Part shown: one piece after another, positions 38,256 to 47,908 of the stretch
How the letters are laid out: each line of letters opens with the position of its first letter
How positions within the stretch are numbered: position 1 is the first letter of the stretch
From: Kofleriaceae bacterium
Lineage (GTDB): Bacteria; Myxococcota_A; Polyangia; Haliangiales; Haliangiaceae
NCBI GenBank assembly: GCA_965215005.1
Contig: CBDCCZ010000012.1
Location: 153,763 to 217,762 of the forward strand
Reading direction: 5' to 3'
Length of the DNA: 64,000 nucleotides
Made by a program: the position numbers and the translations under genes
The notes under the pieces: model-generated
What the model was told of the DNA's origin: nothing
Databases searched by the model: none
Seen by the model: only the letters and a program-made list of their open reading frames with translations

Positions 38256-39491
38256 ATGAAGACGGTCGACGCCGCTTTGGCTTGCCGCCTCGCGGCAGAG
38301 CACCAGACTCCACTTTACGTCTATGACGCCGCGATCGTGCGCGCGCGCATCGCTGCGCTCCGGCAGTTCGATGTCGTCCGCTACGCGCAGAAGGCGTGCT
38401 CGAACGTGCACCTCTTGCGGCTGATGCGGCAGCAGGGGGTGCTGGTCGATGCGGTGAGCGCAGGCGAGCTAACGCGCGCGCTCCGCGCCGGCTACACCGG
38501 CAAAGGCGAGCCCGCCGGGGTCATCTACACCGCCGATATCCTCGATCCCACGGCGCTCGAGCAGGTCATCGAGCACGACATTCCCGTCAACGCAGGGTCT
38601 GAGGACATGCTCGCGCAGCTCGGCGCCCGCCACCCCGGCCATCGGGTGTGGTTGCGCATCAATCCCGGCTTCGGGCATGGCCACAGTCGCAAGACCAACA
38701 CCGGCGGCGAGTGGAGCAAACACGGCATCTGGCACGAGCATCTGCCGGCGGCGCTGGAGCTATTGGGTGAGCACCAGCTCGAGCTCGTCGGGCTGCACAT
38801 GCACATCGGCTCGGGCACCGACTTCGATCATCTGCAAAAGGTTTGCGATGCGATGGTTGCGCAGGTGCAGCGCGCGGGGGTCGATCTGCAAGCGGTTTCC
38901 GGCGGCGGCGGCTTGCCCATCGATTACCGCGGCACCACGCAGCTCGATACCAGCGCGCTCTACCAGCTTTGGGATCGCGCCCGAACCCGCATTCAGCAAA
39001 CGCTGGGGCACGCGGTGCGGCTCGAAATCGAGCCTGGCCGCTACCTCGTCGCCGAGGCCGGCAAGCTGGTTGCGACGGTGCGTGCGGTCAAAGACGTTGG
39101 CGGCCATCGCTTCGTGCTGGTCGACGCCGGCTTTGACAACCTCGTACGCCCGTCGATGTACGGCAGCTATCACGCCATGAGCGTGATCGACAGCGCCAGC
39201 CAACAGCTGCGCACCGGCGACTCAGTGCCGACGGTGGTCGGTGGCCCGCTGTGCGAATCCGGGGACGTGTTTACCCAAGAGGAAGGCGGCGTGGTCGTGC
39301 CCCGCGAGCTGCCGCCAGCCCGCGTCGGCGATCTCATCGTCTTCCACGACACCGGCGCCTATGGCGCGACCATGGCGTCCAACTACAACTCGCGGGTGCT
39401 GGCCCCCGAGCTCTTGGTCGATGACGGGCAGGTGCGCCAAATCCGCCGCCGCCAGCACATCGAGGAGCTACTTGCGCTCGAAGAGCTGTAG
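38256..39491 (+). CDS. lysA: Diaminopimelate decarboxylase
   Basis: YAQKACSN (PLP Lys), HMHIGSG, EPGRY, GPLCESGD, GAYG..SNYN. Confidence 0.95.
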   Translation: MKTVDAALACRLAAEHQTPLYVYDAAIVRARIAALRQFDVVRYAQKACSNVHLLRLMRQQGVLVDAVSAGELTRALRAGYTGKGEPAGVIYTADILDPTALEQVIEHDIPVNAGSEDMLAQLGARHPGHRVWLRINPGFGHGHSRKTNTGGEWSKHGIWHEHLPAALELLGEHQLELVGLHMHIGSGTDFDHLQKVCDAMVAQVQRAGVDLQAVSGGGGLPIDYRGTTQLDTSALYQLWDRARTRIQQTLGHAVRLEIEPGRYLVAEAGKLVATVRAVKDVGGHRFVLVDAGFDNLVRPSMYGSYHAMSVIDSASQQLRTGDSVPTVVGGPLCESGDVFTQEEGGVVVPRELPPARVGDLIVFHDTGAYGATMASNYNSRVLAPELLVDDGQVRQIRRRQHIEELLALEEL

Positions 39492-39529
39492 CCCGGCGCA
39501 ACGCGTCGCGGCTACAGCTGCCAAGCGGA

Positions 39530-40867
39530 CTAGTGAGTGACCGGCAGGCCGCTCGGTACCGTCTGCGGCACCAAGTGGCTCAAGTCCACAGCGGCCGGAT
39601 CGGTGAGCGCGTGCAAGAAGGCCATTAGATCGTCGAACTCGGCGTCGCTGAGTCGCAACGGCTCGGCGATCAACGGATCGGGCGCCGCGGTCATGGCCTC
39701 GAGTAGCACCGGGTCATCGATCACTAGGTCGTGCAAGCGCGGGTCGAGCTGCTGGCGGTCGTAGTTCGTCATCGCAGCGCGCGGATCGAGGTGATGTTGC
39801 ACTGCCGCCTCGAGCTCCGTATAGGAGCCATCGTGCATGTACGGACCGGTGAGCGCGACGTTGCGCAGCGGCGGCGTGCGGAACGCGTAGCGTTCAGCAG
39901 GGTCTCCACTCTCCCGCCCGCGACCCCAGTCTTCCGGGGCCTCGTCGCCTTTGCCGGGGCCGATCTGCGGCGCGCAAATGTTGTGGGCTTTTTGGTCGCT
40001 CAGCAGCGGCCCAGCGTGACAACTAGAACACTGCGCCTTGCCGTAAAACAGGATCGCGCCGCGCTTCTCCTGCGCATCGAGCGCCTCGTCATCGCCCGCT
40101 AAGTAGCGGTCGAAGGGGCTGCTCAAGAACGTAAACGCATCGATCTCGTAGGCGGCAATTGCCTTGGCGGCATGCTGAAAGCCGATGTCGTCAATGCTGA
40201 GCGCCGGATAGGCATCGGCAAACAGCACTCGATAGCGCTCGATTCCCACTAGTCGGGCCGCCAATGCTTCCCAAATAGCGGGCAGGTCATCTCCCACCGC
40301 CAGCTCGTTGGCGCCACCAAACACATCGATATCGCCGTCGCGACCGCGCATTTCATCGCGGCTGGTGACCGGGAACATCGCCTGCACCTCCAGTGGATGC
40401 TCGAGCCCCGGGGGCAGCTGCGAGCCTGCGGGCGAGTCGACATAGCCGGCCGTCGCGACGCGATTGTCCCAAAACATCGTCGTCCAGAGGCGCGAGCCAC
40501 GATTGAAGATCTCCGGGGCGTTGCGCGGGATGAAATCACCTGAGCCGAGCTCACGACTGGTACCCAGGCCGATACCGCCGGTGCCGATCGAGACCGCGAG
40601 AGCGTCGCCTGTCGCCGCACTGGGGTGATGACAGTCGGCGCAGGCGATGTTGCGGTTGCCGCTCAGCTCGCGATCGAAGAACAGCGCCTCGCCCAGGCGC
40701 ACCATCGCCGGCGATGCGAGCGGACCGGGATCGACCGATTCAACCTCCTGCGCCGCGAGTAGACTGCGGAGCTCCTCGTCAGGCGAGGTATCCGCGCAGC
40801 CCACACTTACTACGCCAAGCGACATCGCCCCGAACAAGCCGGCCAACGACGCAAACCCTTGCCTCAT
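39530..40867 (-). CDS. Di-heme cytochrome c peroxidase/MauG-family lipoprotein
   Basis: CADCH and CSSCH heme motifs; FRTPPLRNV, PYMHDG. Confidence 0.92.
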   Translation of the reverse strand: MRQGFASLAGLFGAMSLGVVSVGCADTSPDEELRSLLAAQEVESVDPGPLASPAMVRLGEALFFDRELSGNRNIACADCHHPSAATGDALAVSIGTGGIGLGTSRELGSGDFIPRNAPEIFNRGSRLWTTMFWDNRVATAGYVDSPAGSQLPPGLEHPLEVQAMFPVTSRDEMRGRDGDIDVFGGANELAVGDDLPAIWEALAARLVGIERYRVLFADAYPALSIDDIGFQHAAKAIAAYEIDAFTFLSSPFDRYLAGDDEALDAQEKRGAILFYGKAQCSSCHAGPLLSDQKAHNICAPQIGPGKGDEAPEDWGRGRESGDPAERYAFRTPPLRNVALTGPYMHDGSYTELEAAVQHHLDPRAAMTNYDRQQLDPRLHDLVIDDPVLLEAMTAAPDPLIAEPLRLSDAEFDDLMAFLHALTDPAAVDLSHLVPQTVPSGLPVTH

Positions 40868-41054
40868 GCTGGTCTCCACTTCATGACTCAAATTATGTGC
40901 AACTCAGGATACAGTAGCTGGAGCATACAAACAATTGCAAATCGTGTCTGTGATGTATGCGACTCTCGCACGCCAGATGCGAGTATCTCCCAGACCCATG
41001 CATGGTGCGAAGAACTCCCGTGACCTCCCTCGGTCCGTCCGCGTCTTGGTAGTC

Positions 41055-41807
41055 ATGAACTCCGCGTTTCATGTCCTTGCCGCCACGGTCCTGGCGACCG
41101 CCATCGGCTGCTCCGCCCCCGCCGAGCCTCCGGCTTCGGTTCCTCCCACCTCTCCTGCGGCCGTCGCGGCACCCGCTCCCGCCACGGCGATGGCTCCGGC
41201 GGCAGATCCTGCGCCCGCCGCTGCACCTCTCACTGCCACCGCTGGCAGCGAGCTCGGCACGCGCCCTGAGGGCATTGGACTCGCCCCAGGCGCAGCCGCC
41301 CCCGATGCCGAGGTGCACGACCTCCAGGGTCAGGCGGTCCAACTCAGCGCCCTCTTCTCGCGCGGTCCGACCCTGCTGGTTTTCTATCGCGGCGGCTGGT
41401 GCCCTTACTGCAACACGCAAGTTCGACAGCTGACCGAGGCCGCGGAGCAGTTCTCCGCCCACGGCGTGGCCCTTATAATGATAAGCGTCGATCGCCCCGA
41501 AGCCGCTGCCACCACCGAAGCCGCCTACGACATCCCCTTCCCGGTGCTCAGCGACTCCGATCTCGCGGCCCATCGGGCCTACCACGTGGTCGAGCAGGTC
41601 GGGCCGGAGGATTACGAGCGACTTACTGGCTACGGCATCGACCTCGAAGCCGCCTCCGGACGAGATCATCACAGCATCGCCATCCCGTCGGCGTTCTTGA
41701 TCGACGACGCCGGGGTGATTCGCTGGTCCCATGCCGCTCGCGACTACAAGACCCGCCCCACGGTCGAGCAACTATTGGCCGCGGTTGCCAACGCTCCGCT
41801 TCGCTGA
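41055..41807 (+). CDS. Peroxiredoxin-like (AhpC/TSA) lipoprotein
   Basis: AIGC lipobox; FYRGGWCPYC; FPVLSD. Confidence 0.88.
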   Translation: MNSAFHVLAATVLATAIGCSAPAEPPASVPPTSPAAVAAPAPATAMAPAADPAPAAAPLTATAGSELGTRPEGIGLAPGAAAPDAEVHDLQGQAVQLSALFSRGPTLLVFYRGGWCPYCNTQVRQLTEAAEQFSAHGVALIMISVDRPEAAATTEAAYDIPFPVLSDSDLAAHRAYHVVEQVGPEDYERLTGYGIDLEAASGRDHHSIAIPSAFLIDDAGVIRWSHAARDYKTRPTVEQLLAAVANAPLR

Positions 41808-41860
41808 CAGCTCGAGGGCCAATTGCTGAGCGGGCGCGCATCGCATAGGGTTGCTCGCCC

Positions 41861-43438
41861 ATGGCGGACCGCAGCGAGCGCGACATCAGTTTCACCATGG
41901 AGCTCGACGAGCTCGACGAGACTCCCGAAGCGCTGCGGCGGCGAGCGGCGCGAGAGTTGCGAGCTCCACTTGCAGAAATTCCCGAGCTAGAGGTTCGCAA
42001 GCGCTCGATCGATGCCCGCAAAGGACGGGTGCGGGTCCACTTCGTCGTGGGCTTGGCACCGACGGCGCCCATCGAGCTGGCAGCGCCGGCACCGCGGCAG
42101 GTGGACCAGGATCGGCGCGTGGTCATCGTGGGCGCGGGGCCCGCGGGACTCTTCTGCGCGTACGAGCTCGCGCGCCGCGGCATCGGCGCGATCGTCCTCG
42201 ATCGCGGCAAGCCGGTGCAGGCACGCCGCCGCGATCTGAAAGGTCTGCAGCAACACGGCGTGGTCGACCCCGACAGCAACTACTGCTTTGGGGAGGGCGG
42301 CGCGGGCACCTATAGCGACGGCAAACTGTATACGCGGTCGCACAAACGTGGCGACGTTCGCGATGTCCTGGAGATCCTCGCGCTACATGGCGCGCCGGCG
42401 CGCATCCTTATCGATGCCCGCCCTCACATCGGCTCGAACAAGCTCCCCAAGGTGATCTCGGCGATGCGTGAGCGGCTGGTTCGGTGCGGCGTCGAGGTGC
42501 GGTTCGGAGCACGGGTTGACGAGCTCATCACCGAGCGCCGCGGCGGCCAGGCGCGCGTTGCAGGGGTGCGGCTGGCCGACGGCACCGAGCTCTCCGCTCG
42601 CGCCGTGGTGATCGCAACGGGCCACTCAGCGCGCGACGTTTTCGAGATGCTCGACCGAGCCGGAGCACCGCTTGCCGCCAAACCATTCGCCATGGGCGTG
42701 CGGATCGAGCACCCACAGCCGCTAATCGACCGCATTCAGTATGGTGCTGCCGCCGGTCATCCCGCCCTACCCGCGGCGAGCTACAAACTCGCCCATAGCA
42801 ACGCCGCGGGCGGTGTGTACTCGTTCTGCATGTGTCCCGGCGGGTGGGTGGTGCCGGCCTCCACCGAGCCCGACGCTCTGGTGGTCAACGGCATGAGCCT
42901 GTCGCGCCGCGACTCACCGTTCGCCAACAGCGGGCTCGTCGTTTCGCTCGCCGGCGAGCAAGCCACGGACTGGCGGTCGGGCGTGGCGCTGCAGCAGCGG
43001 CTCGAGCAGGCGGCATTTGCGGCCGGCGGCGGCGCTCTGCGCGCTCCGGCGACCCGCGTCACCGACTTCGTAGCGGGCCGCGGGTCAACTTCGGTGCCCG
43101 CATCGAGCTACATTCCTGGCCTGCACGCCACTGACGTAGGCGAGGTGCTAGAGGTTGTAAGCCCGCAGTTCGCCGATCATCTGCGGGCGGCGCTCCGCGT
43201 GTTCGAGCGCCGAATGCGCGGCTACATCACCGACGAAGCAGTGGTAATTGGGGTTGAGTCGCGGACCAGCGCGCCGGTGCGCGCGCTGCGAGATCCCCAA
43301 GCTCTCACCAGCCCTGCGGTTGATGCGCTGTATCTTTGCGGAGAAGGCGCCGGATATGCCGGCGGCATCGCCAGTGCGGCGGTTGACGGAATGCGGATTG
43401 CGCGAGCCGTCGCTCTGTCGCTCGGCTCGCGCTCGTAG
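41861..43438 (+). CDS. FAD-dependent oxidoreductase
   Basis: GAGPAG; FGEGGAGTYSDGKL; FCMCPGG; GEGAGYAGGI. Confidence 0.9.
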   Translation: MADRSERDISFTMELDELDETPEALRRRAARELRAPLAEIPELEVRKRSIDARKGRVRVHFVVGLAPTAPIELAAPAPRQVDQDRRVVIVGAGPAGLFCAYELARRGIGAIVLDRGKPVQARRRDLKGLQQHGVVDPDSNYCFGEGGAGTYSDGKLYTRSHKRGDVRDVLEILALHGAPARILIDARPHIGSNKLPKVISAMRERLVRCGVEVRFGARVDELITERRGGQARVAGVRLADGTELSARAVVIATGHSARDVFEMLDRAGAPLAAKPFAMGVRIEHPQPLIDRIQYGAAAGHPALPAASYKLAHSNAAGGVYSFCMCPGGWVVPASTEPDALVVNGMSLSRRDSPFANSGLVVSLAGEQATDWRSGVALQQRLEQAAFAAGGGALRAPATRVTDFVAGRGSTSVPASSYIPGLHATDVGEVLEVVSPQFADHLRAALRVFERRMRGYITDEAVVIGVESRTSAPVRALRDPQALTSPAVDALYLCGEGAGYAGGIASAAVDGMRIARAVALSLGSRS

Positions 43439-43577
43439 CTCCTGGCCGATCCCCTCGGCCAGAATATCCGCTGGGTCCCCTCCCTGTTGTTGCGCCGCTT
43501 GGAATGCGACCACGCGTCTCGCCTGCGAGTCGCTCGGCTCCGGCACCGGTGGGTGCCGCGGCCGCGACCCGCCGGCG

Positions 43578-44225
43578 TTACGCGCGAGCCGCGTCTTCCA
43601 AGAGGCCGGTTCGTAGTGCTGTGCTGACGAGCCCCGCCCGCGTTCGCAGTCCGAGCTTGCGCATGACTCGGGATCGGTACCCCTCGACCGTTTTGATGCT
43701 CACCTCGAGCATCTCCGCGGCCTCGGCGTTCGTGTGCCCGAGAGCGACGAGGCGCATGACCTCAAGCTCCCGCGGGCTCAGAATCGCCAGAGGTCCCGAC
43801 GCGCGGTCGCCGTTAGCGGCGACCTCCTCCGTCTGCTCGGGAAGATACGTCTCCCCCCGCGCGACGGCGCGTAAAGCACCCATGACCTCGTCGGGAGCGG
43901 CTCGTTTCGAGACCACCCCCTTGGCGCCAGACTCGATCGCTTCGCGTCGAATGATGTGGTCGACCACCTCGGCGAGAACGACCACACGGGCCGATTCCTT
44001 CGCCTCTCGGATTTCTCCAATGGCAGCCAACGCACCCGACGGAGGCAACGCAGCATCAACGATAATGATGTCTGCATCGTTTCGGGTCACGGCGTCCCCG
44101 AGCTCACGAACGTCCCCCACTTCACCGACAATCATCATGTCTTCTTGAGTGTCGATGAGCATCCGCAGGCCCGCACGTACAAGCGCGTGCGCGTCAGCGA
44201 GTAATATCCGCGTGTTGCTATTCAT
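43578..44225 (-). CDS. NarL/LuxR-family response regulator (atypical receiver)
   Basis: Receiver plus LSPRELEV...SIKTVEGYR HTH. Confidence 0.9.
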   Translation of the reverse strand: MNSNTRILLADAHALVRAGLRMLIDTQEDMMIVGEVGDVRELGDAVTRNDADIIIVDAALPPSGALAAIGEIREAKESARVVVLAEVVDHIIRREAIESGAKGVVSKRAAPDEVMGALRAVARGETYLPEQTEEVAANGDRASGPLAILSPRELEVMRLVALGHTNAEAAEMLEVSIKTVEGYRSRVMRKLGLRTRAGLVSTALRTGLLEDAARA

Positions 44226-44493
44226 TGCGTCGTTTTCCCTCGCTCTTGTTGGTGTGGGAGGACGGCGAGGCAATGTCAAGTGGGGCGAATTGCGACCACC
44301 GCTGCCTCGGAAAAAGCCCAATGTCATCACGGGAAAAGGTGGGCATCGACCACGTTTGCCATCTCGCGCAGCGGCCGCCGTGGCGAATTGTCACTCGCGT
44401 TCGCGCGCGCTTGGCACCGACTCGTCGCGCGGACATTGCCAGCTCGCGACGCCCCCGACGCCGTCGCTTGCGATGCTGCTGCTCGTGCACGGT

Positions 44494-45195
44494 ATGAGGT
44501 CCATGGGCGCGAGCGCGATGCTGGCTGCGGACTTCGCAGGCGAGCTCGATACCACCAGCCACGCCATTCGCTTGCCGCGCTTGGCGCCGGCGTTTCTCAC
44601 CCGCTCCGGCCGCCGCGTCACCCGCACCGGAATTCTGGCCTTCGACCTGTTGAGCCACCTCCGCAGCGAGCTCGCCGGGACGCACTTTGCAGCTGCGGTG
44701 GCGCGGCGCGCCGACGTGTTAGCCTGGGTGGCTGAAAATCTGGCTGCGGTGCACGGCGTCGAGGTCGAGCCACCCGCCGCGCTGGCATCAGGCCCGCGGC
44801 TGGTGATCGCGCAGAGTCATGGATTGATCGCTGCCCTGGCGATCTTGTCACAGCTACCGGCCGTGGCCGTGACCAGCGACGATTCGCTAACCTGGCCCGT
44901 CATCGGTGCTGCGCTCCGCGAGTTGGGCGTCGTCGTTCACACCCGTGAGGTGAGCCGCGCGGCGTTGCTGCGCCATGTCCGCCGCACGTGGGAACGCGGA
45001 GTGGCGGTGGTGAGCTTCGGAGCGATTCCACACGAAGCCTTGCTCGCTGCCGCGGCGCTCGCCGTGCCGGTGACTGCTGTGCGCGTGCACACCAGTAACA
45101 GCGACGGCGGGCGCCACGACTTTCTGCGCGAGTATCTGCGCACGGTGGCCAGGCCCAAGACGCGGGTGAGAGTCGAGCTGTACGACGCCGCGTGA
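44494..45195 (+). CDS. Degenerate PlsC-like acyltransferase-fold protein
   Basis: GPRLVIA, WPVIG...LG segments; no HxxxxD. Confidence 0.45.
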   Translation: MRSMGASAMLAADFAGELDTTSHAIRLPRLAPAFLTRSGRRVTRTGILAFDLLSHLRSELAGTHFAAAVARRADVLAWVAENLAAVHGVEVEPPAALASGPRLVIAQSHGLIAALAILSQLPAVAVTSDDSLTWPVIGAALRELGVVVHTREVSRAALLRHVRRTWERGVAVVSFGAIPHEALLAAAALAVPVTAVRVHTSNSDGGRHDFLREYLRTVARPKTRVRVELYDAA

Positions 45196-46412
45196 GTGGT
45201 GATTCGCTGGTCCTGCCGACCGCTGCGAGGCGCGGTCGTCGTGGGTTGCCCGCTCTCGTTCACACTCGTTCTATGCGACGCCCTCCAACTTCAGCTCACG
45301 ACGTTGCGGTTTCCAGCGCCGCGACCGCCCGCGCCGAATGGCCTCGTGTGCCCCGTTGGCTCCGCAACCGCGTCGATGGGGGCCTCACCGGATTTCCTGA
45401 GCTCGACGCGCTCGAACGCATCCTGCCGGAGCTCGAGCCGCATGGCCGCGTCGAGGTCCTCACCACCGTCACTGGGCGCATCGGCGGCCTCGAGCGTCGC
45501 TATCCGCTGTATGGGATCGTGCTCGGCCAAGCGCCACCGACCTCGCCGGTGTTCTTGCTGGTCGGCGGCATCCATGGCCTGGAGCGAATTGGGACCATGG
45601 TGGTGCTGGCGTATCTTACCTCGTTGGTGCGCCAGCTCGAGTGGGACCAGATCCTGCGCGATAGTCTGCGTCGCGTTCGCATCGCGTTCTTGCCGATGAT
45701 GAACCCAGTCGGCATGGCAGCACGGACGCGCGCCAATGGCAGTGGCGTCGACCTCATGCGCAACGCACCGCAAAACGGCGAAGGCTGGGGCACCCCGCTG
45801 GTTGGCGGTCAGCGGCTGTCCCCACGACTCCCCTGGTACATGGGTGAGCGCGGAGCCCCGATGGAGCGCGAGGCCCAGGCGCTCGTAGATTTCGCGCGCC
45901 GCGAGCTGTTCTCCGCCCGCGTCGCCATCGCCATCGACGTCCACTCGGGCTTCGGGATGCTCGATCGGCTGTGGTTTCCGTACGCGCGAACCCGCAAACC
46001 CCTGCCCCACCTGCCCGAGATCTTTGCGCTCAAGCGGCTGCTCGACCGCACGCTGCCGCATCACATCTACGAGATGGAGCCCCAGGCGCAGGTTTACACC
46101 ATCGTTGGCGACCTGTGGGATTACCTCTACGATGCCTATCGCGCGGCTCAACCGGACGGGACCTTCATCCCACTCACGCTCGAGATGGGCTCGTGGCTGT
46201 GGGTGAAGAAGAATCCGCTGCAGCTGCTTTCGGTGCTGGGGTCGTTCAATCCGATTCTGCCGCATCGACTGCGCCGGACGCTCCGCCGCCACCTGCAGCT
46301 GTTCAACTTTTTGCACCACGCGAGTGCCTCGCCGCACTCGTGGAGCGGCTTTGCCGAGGCGCCGCGGCGCGCGCTGCGCTCCGAGGCGTTCTCGATGTGG
46401 TACGGGCGCTAA
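45192..46412 (+). CDS. M14-family zinc carboxypeptidase-like protein
   Basis: GIHGLE, NPVG, RANGSGVDLMRN, DVHSG, TLEMG. Confidence 0.85.
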   Translation: MSGDSLVLPTAARRGRRGLPALVHTRSMRRPPTSAHDVAVSSAATARAEWPRVPRWLRNRVDGGLTGFPELDALERILPELEPHGRVEVLTTVTGRIGGLERRYPLYGIVLGQAPPTSPVFLLVGGIHGLERIGTMVVLAYLTSLVRQLEWDQILRDSLRRVRIAFLPMMNPVGMAARTRANGSGVDLMRNAPQNGEGWGTPLVGGQRLSPRLPWYMGERGAPMEREAQALVDFARRELFSARVAIAIDVHSGFGMLDRLWFPYARTRKPLPHLPEIFALKRLLDRTLPHHIYEMEPQAQVYTIVGDLWDYLYDAYRAAQPDGTFIPLTLEMGSWLWVKKNPLQLLSVLGSFNPILPHRLRRTLRRHLQLFNFLHHASASPHSWSGFAEAPRRALRSEAFSMWYGR

Positions 46413-46436
46413 CGTCGAGGCATCACGATAAGGCGA

Positions 46437-47717
46437 TTACGGCGCCGCCGTGGCCAGCGGCACCGAGAAGCGACACGAGCTGCCGCGTGGCGAGCGCGGC
46501 TGAATCCAGATTCGGCCGCCGTGCGACTCCACCACGAGCCGGCAGAACGCCAGCCCCATTCCCAGCCCAGCGGTGATTTCGCTCGACGCGAAGGCATGCG
46601 GCAGCAGCACGGGGTTTAGGTCGGCGCCGTCGTCGTCCACCGCAAGGGTGAGACAGGCATCGTCGGCATCTACACAGCCAACGATGACCCGCTGCGTGCC
46701 GCCGCGACGACCCGCGGCGTCCCAGATGAGGTTGATGAGCACGCGGCCGATGAGGTCAACGTCCACTCGAATCGGCAGCGGAGCAGGCACCCGCAGCTCG
46801 AGCTCCACGCCGCGCGCGCGCACCTGAGAGCCGACGCGATTGGCAACATCGAGCAATAGCTCGCGAACGTCGCACTCGATGGGGGCAAGACACAGCTCGC
46901 GGCGCGCATCCACATCCAGCACCCCAAGAACCAACGTGTCGAGGTGATCGGCGGCCTCGGCGAGCTGGCCAAGCTGCTGCGAAGCCGCGGTGGAAAGCAG
47001 CACGCGCTCGCTGTCTGCGTCGGCGCGGCACACTTCTGCGGCGAGCGACTCGGTGGCGGAACGAATCGTCGTGAGCGGGACGCGCATGTCGTCGAGTAAC
47101 ACCCGCACCAGCGCCGCTCGCTCCTGCCGCATCAGGGTTAGCTCTTGAAGGTGCGCGGCTAGGTGCTGCTGATGCGCCGCAGCAGCCGTGGCCAGAAGGT
47201 GAGCGGCAAGCAGCGCTTCGGCCTGTCGCGCCAGGTCTTCGAGGACCTCGACGTGCTCCTTGGTGAGAGAGCGGCAGCGGCTGTCGAGCAGCGCGAGCAC
47301 GCCGATGGGGCGCTGCTTCCAGCGCAGCGGAACTCCGGCATAGAAGCGCACCATGGGCTGCTTGTAGACCAGCGGGTTGCCCGCAAATCGCGGATCAGCG
47401 GAGGCATCTTCTATCACCAGCGGGGCGTCCTGAGCGACCACGTGCGCGCAAAGTGAGATGGCGCGCGGTAGCTGCTGAACGTCGAAGCGGTGGCTTGATT
47501 TCAACCACTGCCGCTCTGCATCGATGAAGCTGAGGGTGACCGTGGGGGCGCGAAAAATTCGCGCCGCCAGGTGCGTTAGGCTGTCAAACTCGGGTGTAGG
47601 GGGAGTATCGAGGATGGCGAGCTCCGCGAGAGCCTCGAGCCGCTCGTGCTCATCCTCCCGCGGGGGTGGAGTCGCATACGGCGGCGGTGTGCGTTTCTTG
47701 TTGGGCAACGGAGCCAC
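46437..47717 (-). CDS. GAF-domain histidine-kinase-like protein lacking the phospho-His
   Basis: GAF (RFYAGVPL); H-box LDDMRVPL; HATPase-like GLGMGL...HGGRI. Confidence 0.8.
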   Translation of the reverse strand: MAPLPNKKRTPPPYATPPPREDEHERLEALAELAILDTPPTPEFDSLTHLAARIFRAPTVTLSFIDAERQWLKSSHRFDVQQLPRAISLCAHVVAQDAPLVIEDASADPRFAGNPLVYKQPMVRFYAGVPLRWKQRPIGVLALLDSRCRSLTKEHVEVLEDLARQAEALLAAHLLATAAAAHQQHLAAHLQELTLMRQERAALVRVLLDDMRVPLTTIRSATESLAAEVCRADADSERVLLSTAASQQLGQLAEAADHLDTLVLGVLDVDARRELCLAPIECDVRELLLDVANRVGSQVRARGVELELRVPAPLPIRVDVDLIGRVLINLIWDAAGRRGGTQRVIVGCVDADDACLTLAVDDDGADLNPVLLPHAFASSEITAGLGMGLAFCRLVVESHGGRIWIQPRSPRGSSCRFSVPLATAAP

Positions 47718-47908
47718 TCATTCGCTATCGGTCGCTCGATGGGCTTCTTGACCGCGACAGAGGCCAGAAACCGAGGCCAGAAATTCAGCGGCTCATTCCT
47801 CGCACCTCCGCGCAAGCGCGCGGGCCCGTCGAAGCGACGTGATGCCCGTGAAGCGAAACGCTTGCGCGACGCGGGATCACTGCCCCGTGATGCTGCCGCT
47901 TCATGCCG

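Noticed and set aside
47760..47783. GAGGCCAGAAA direct repeat upstream of the pseudokinase
   Set aside because: Only two copies and no supporting context; may be chance or a small duplication.
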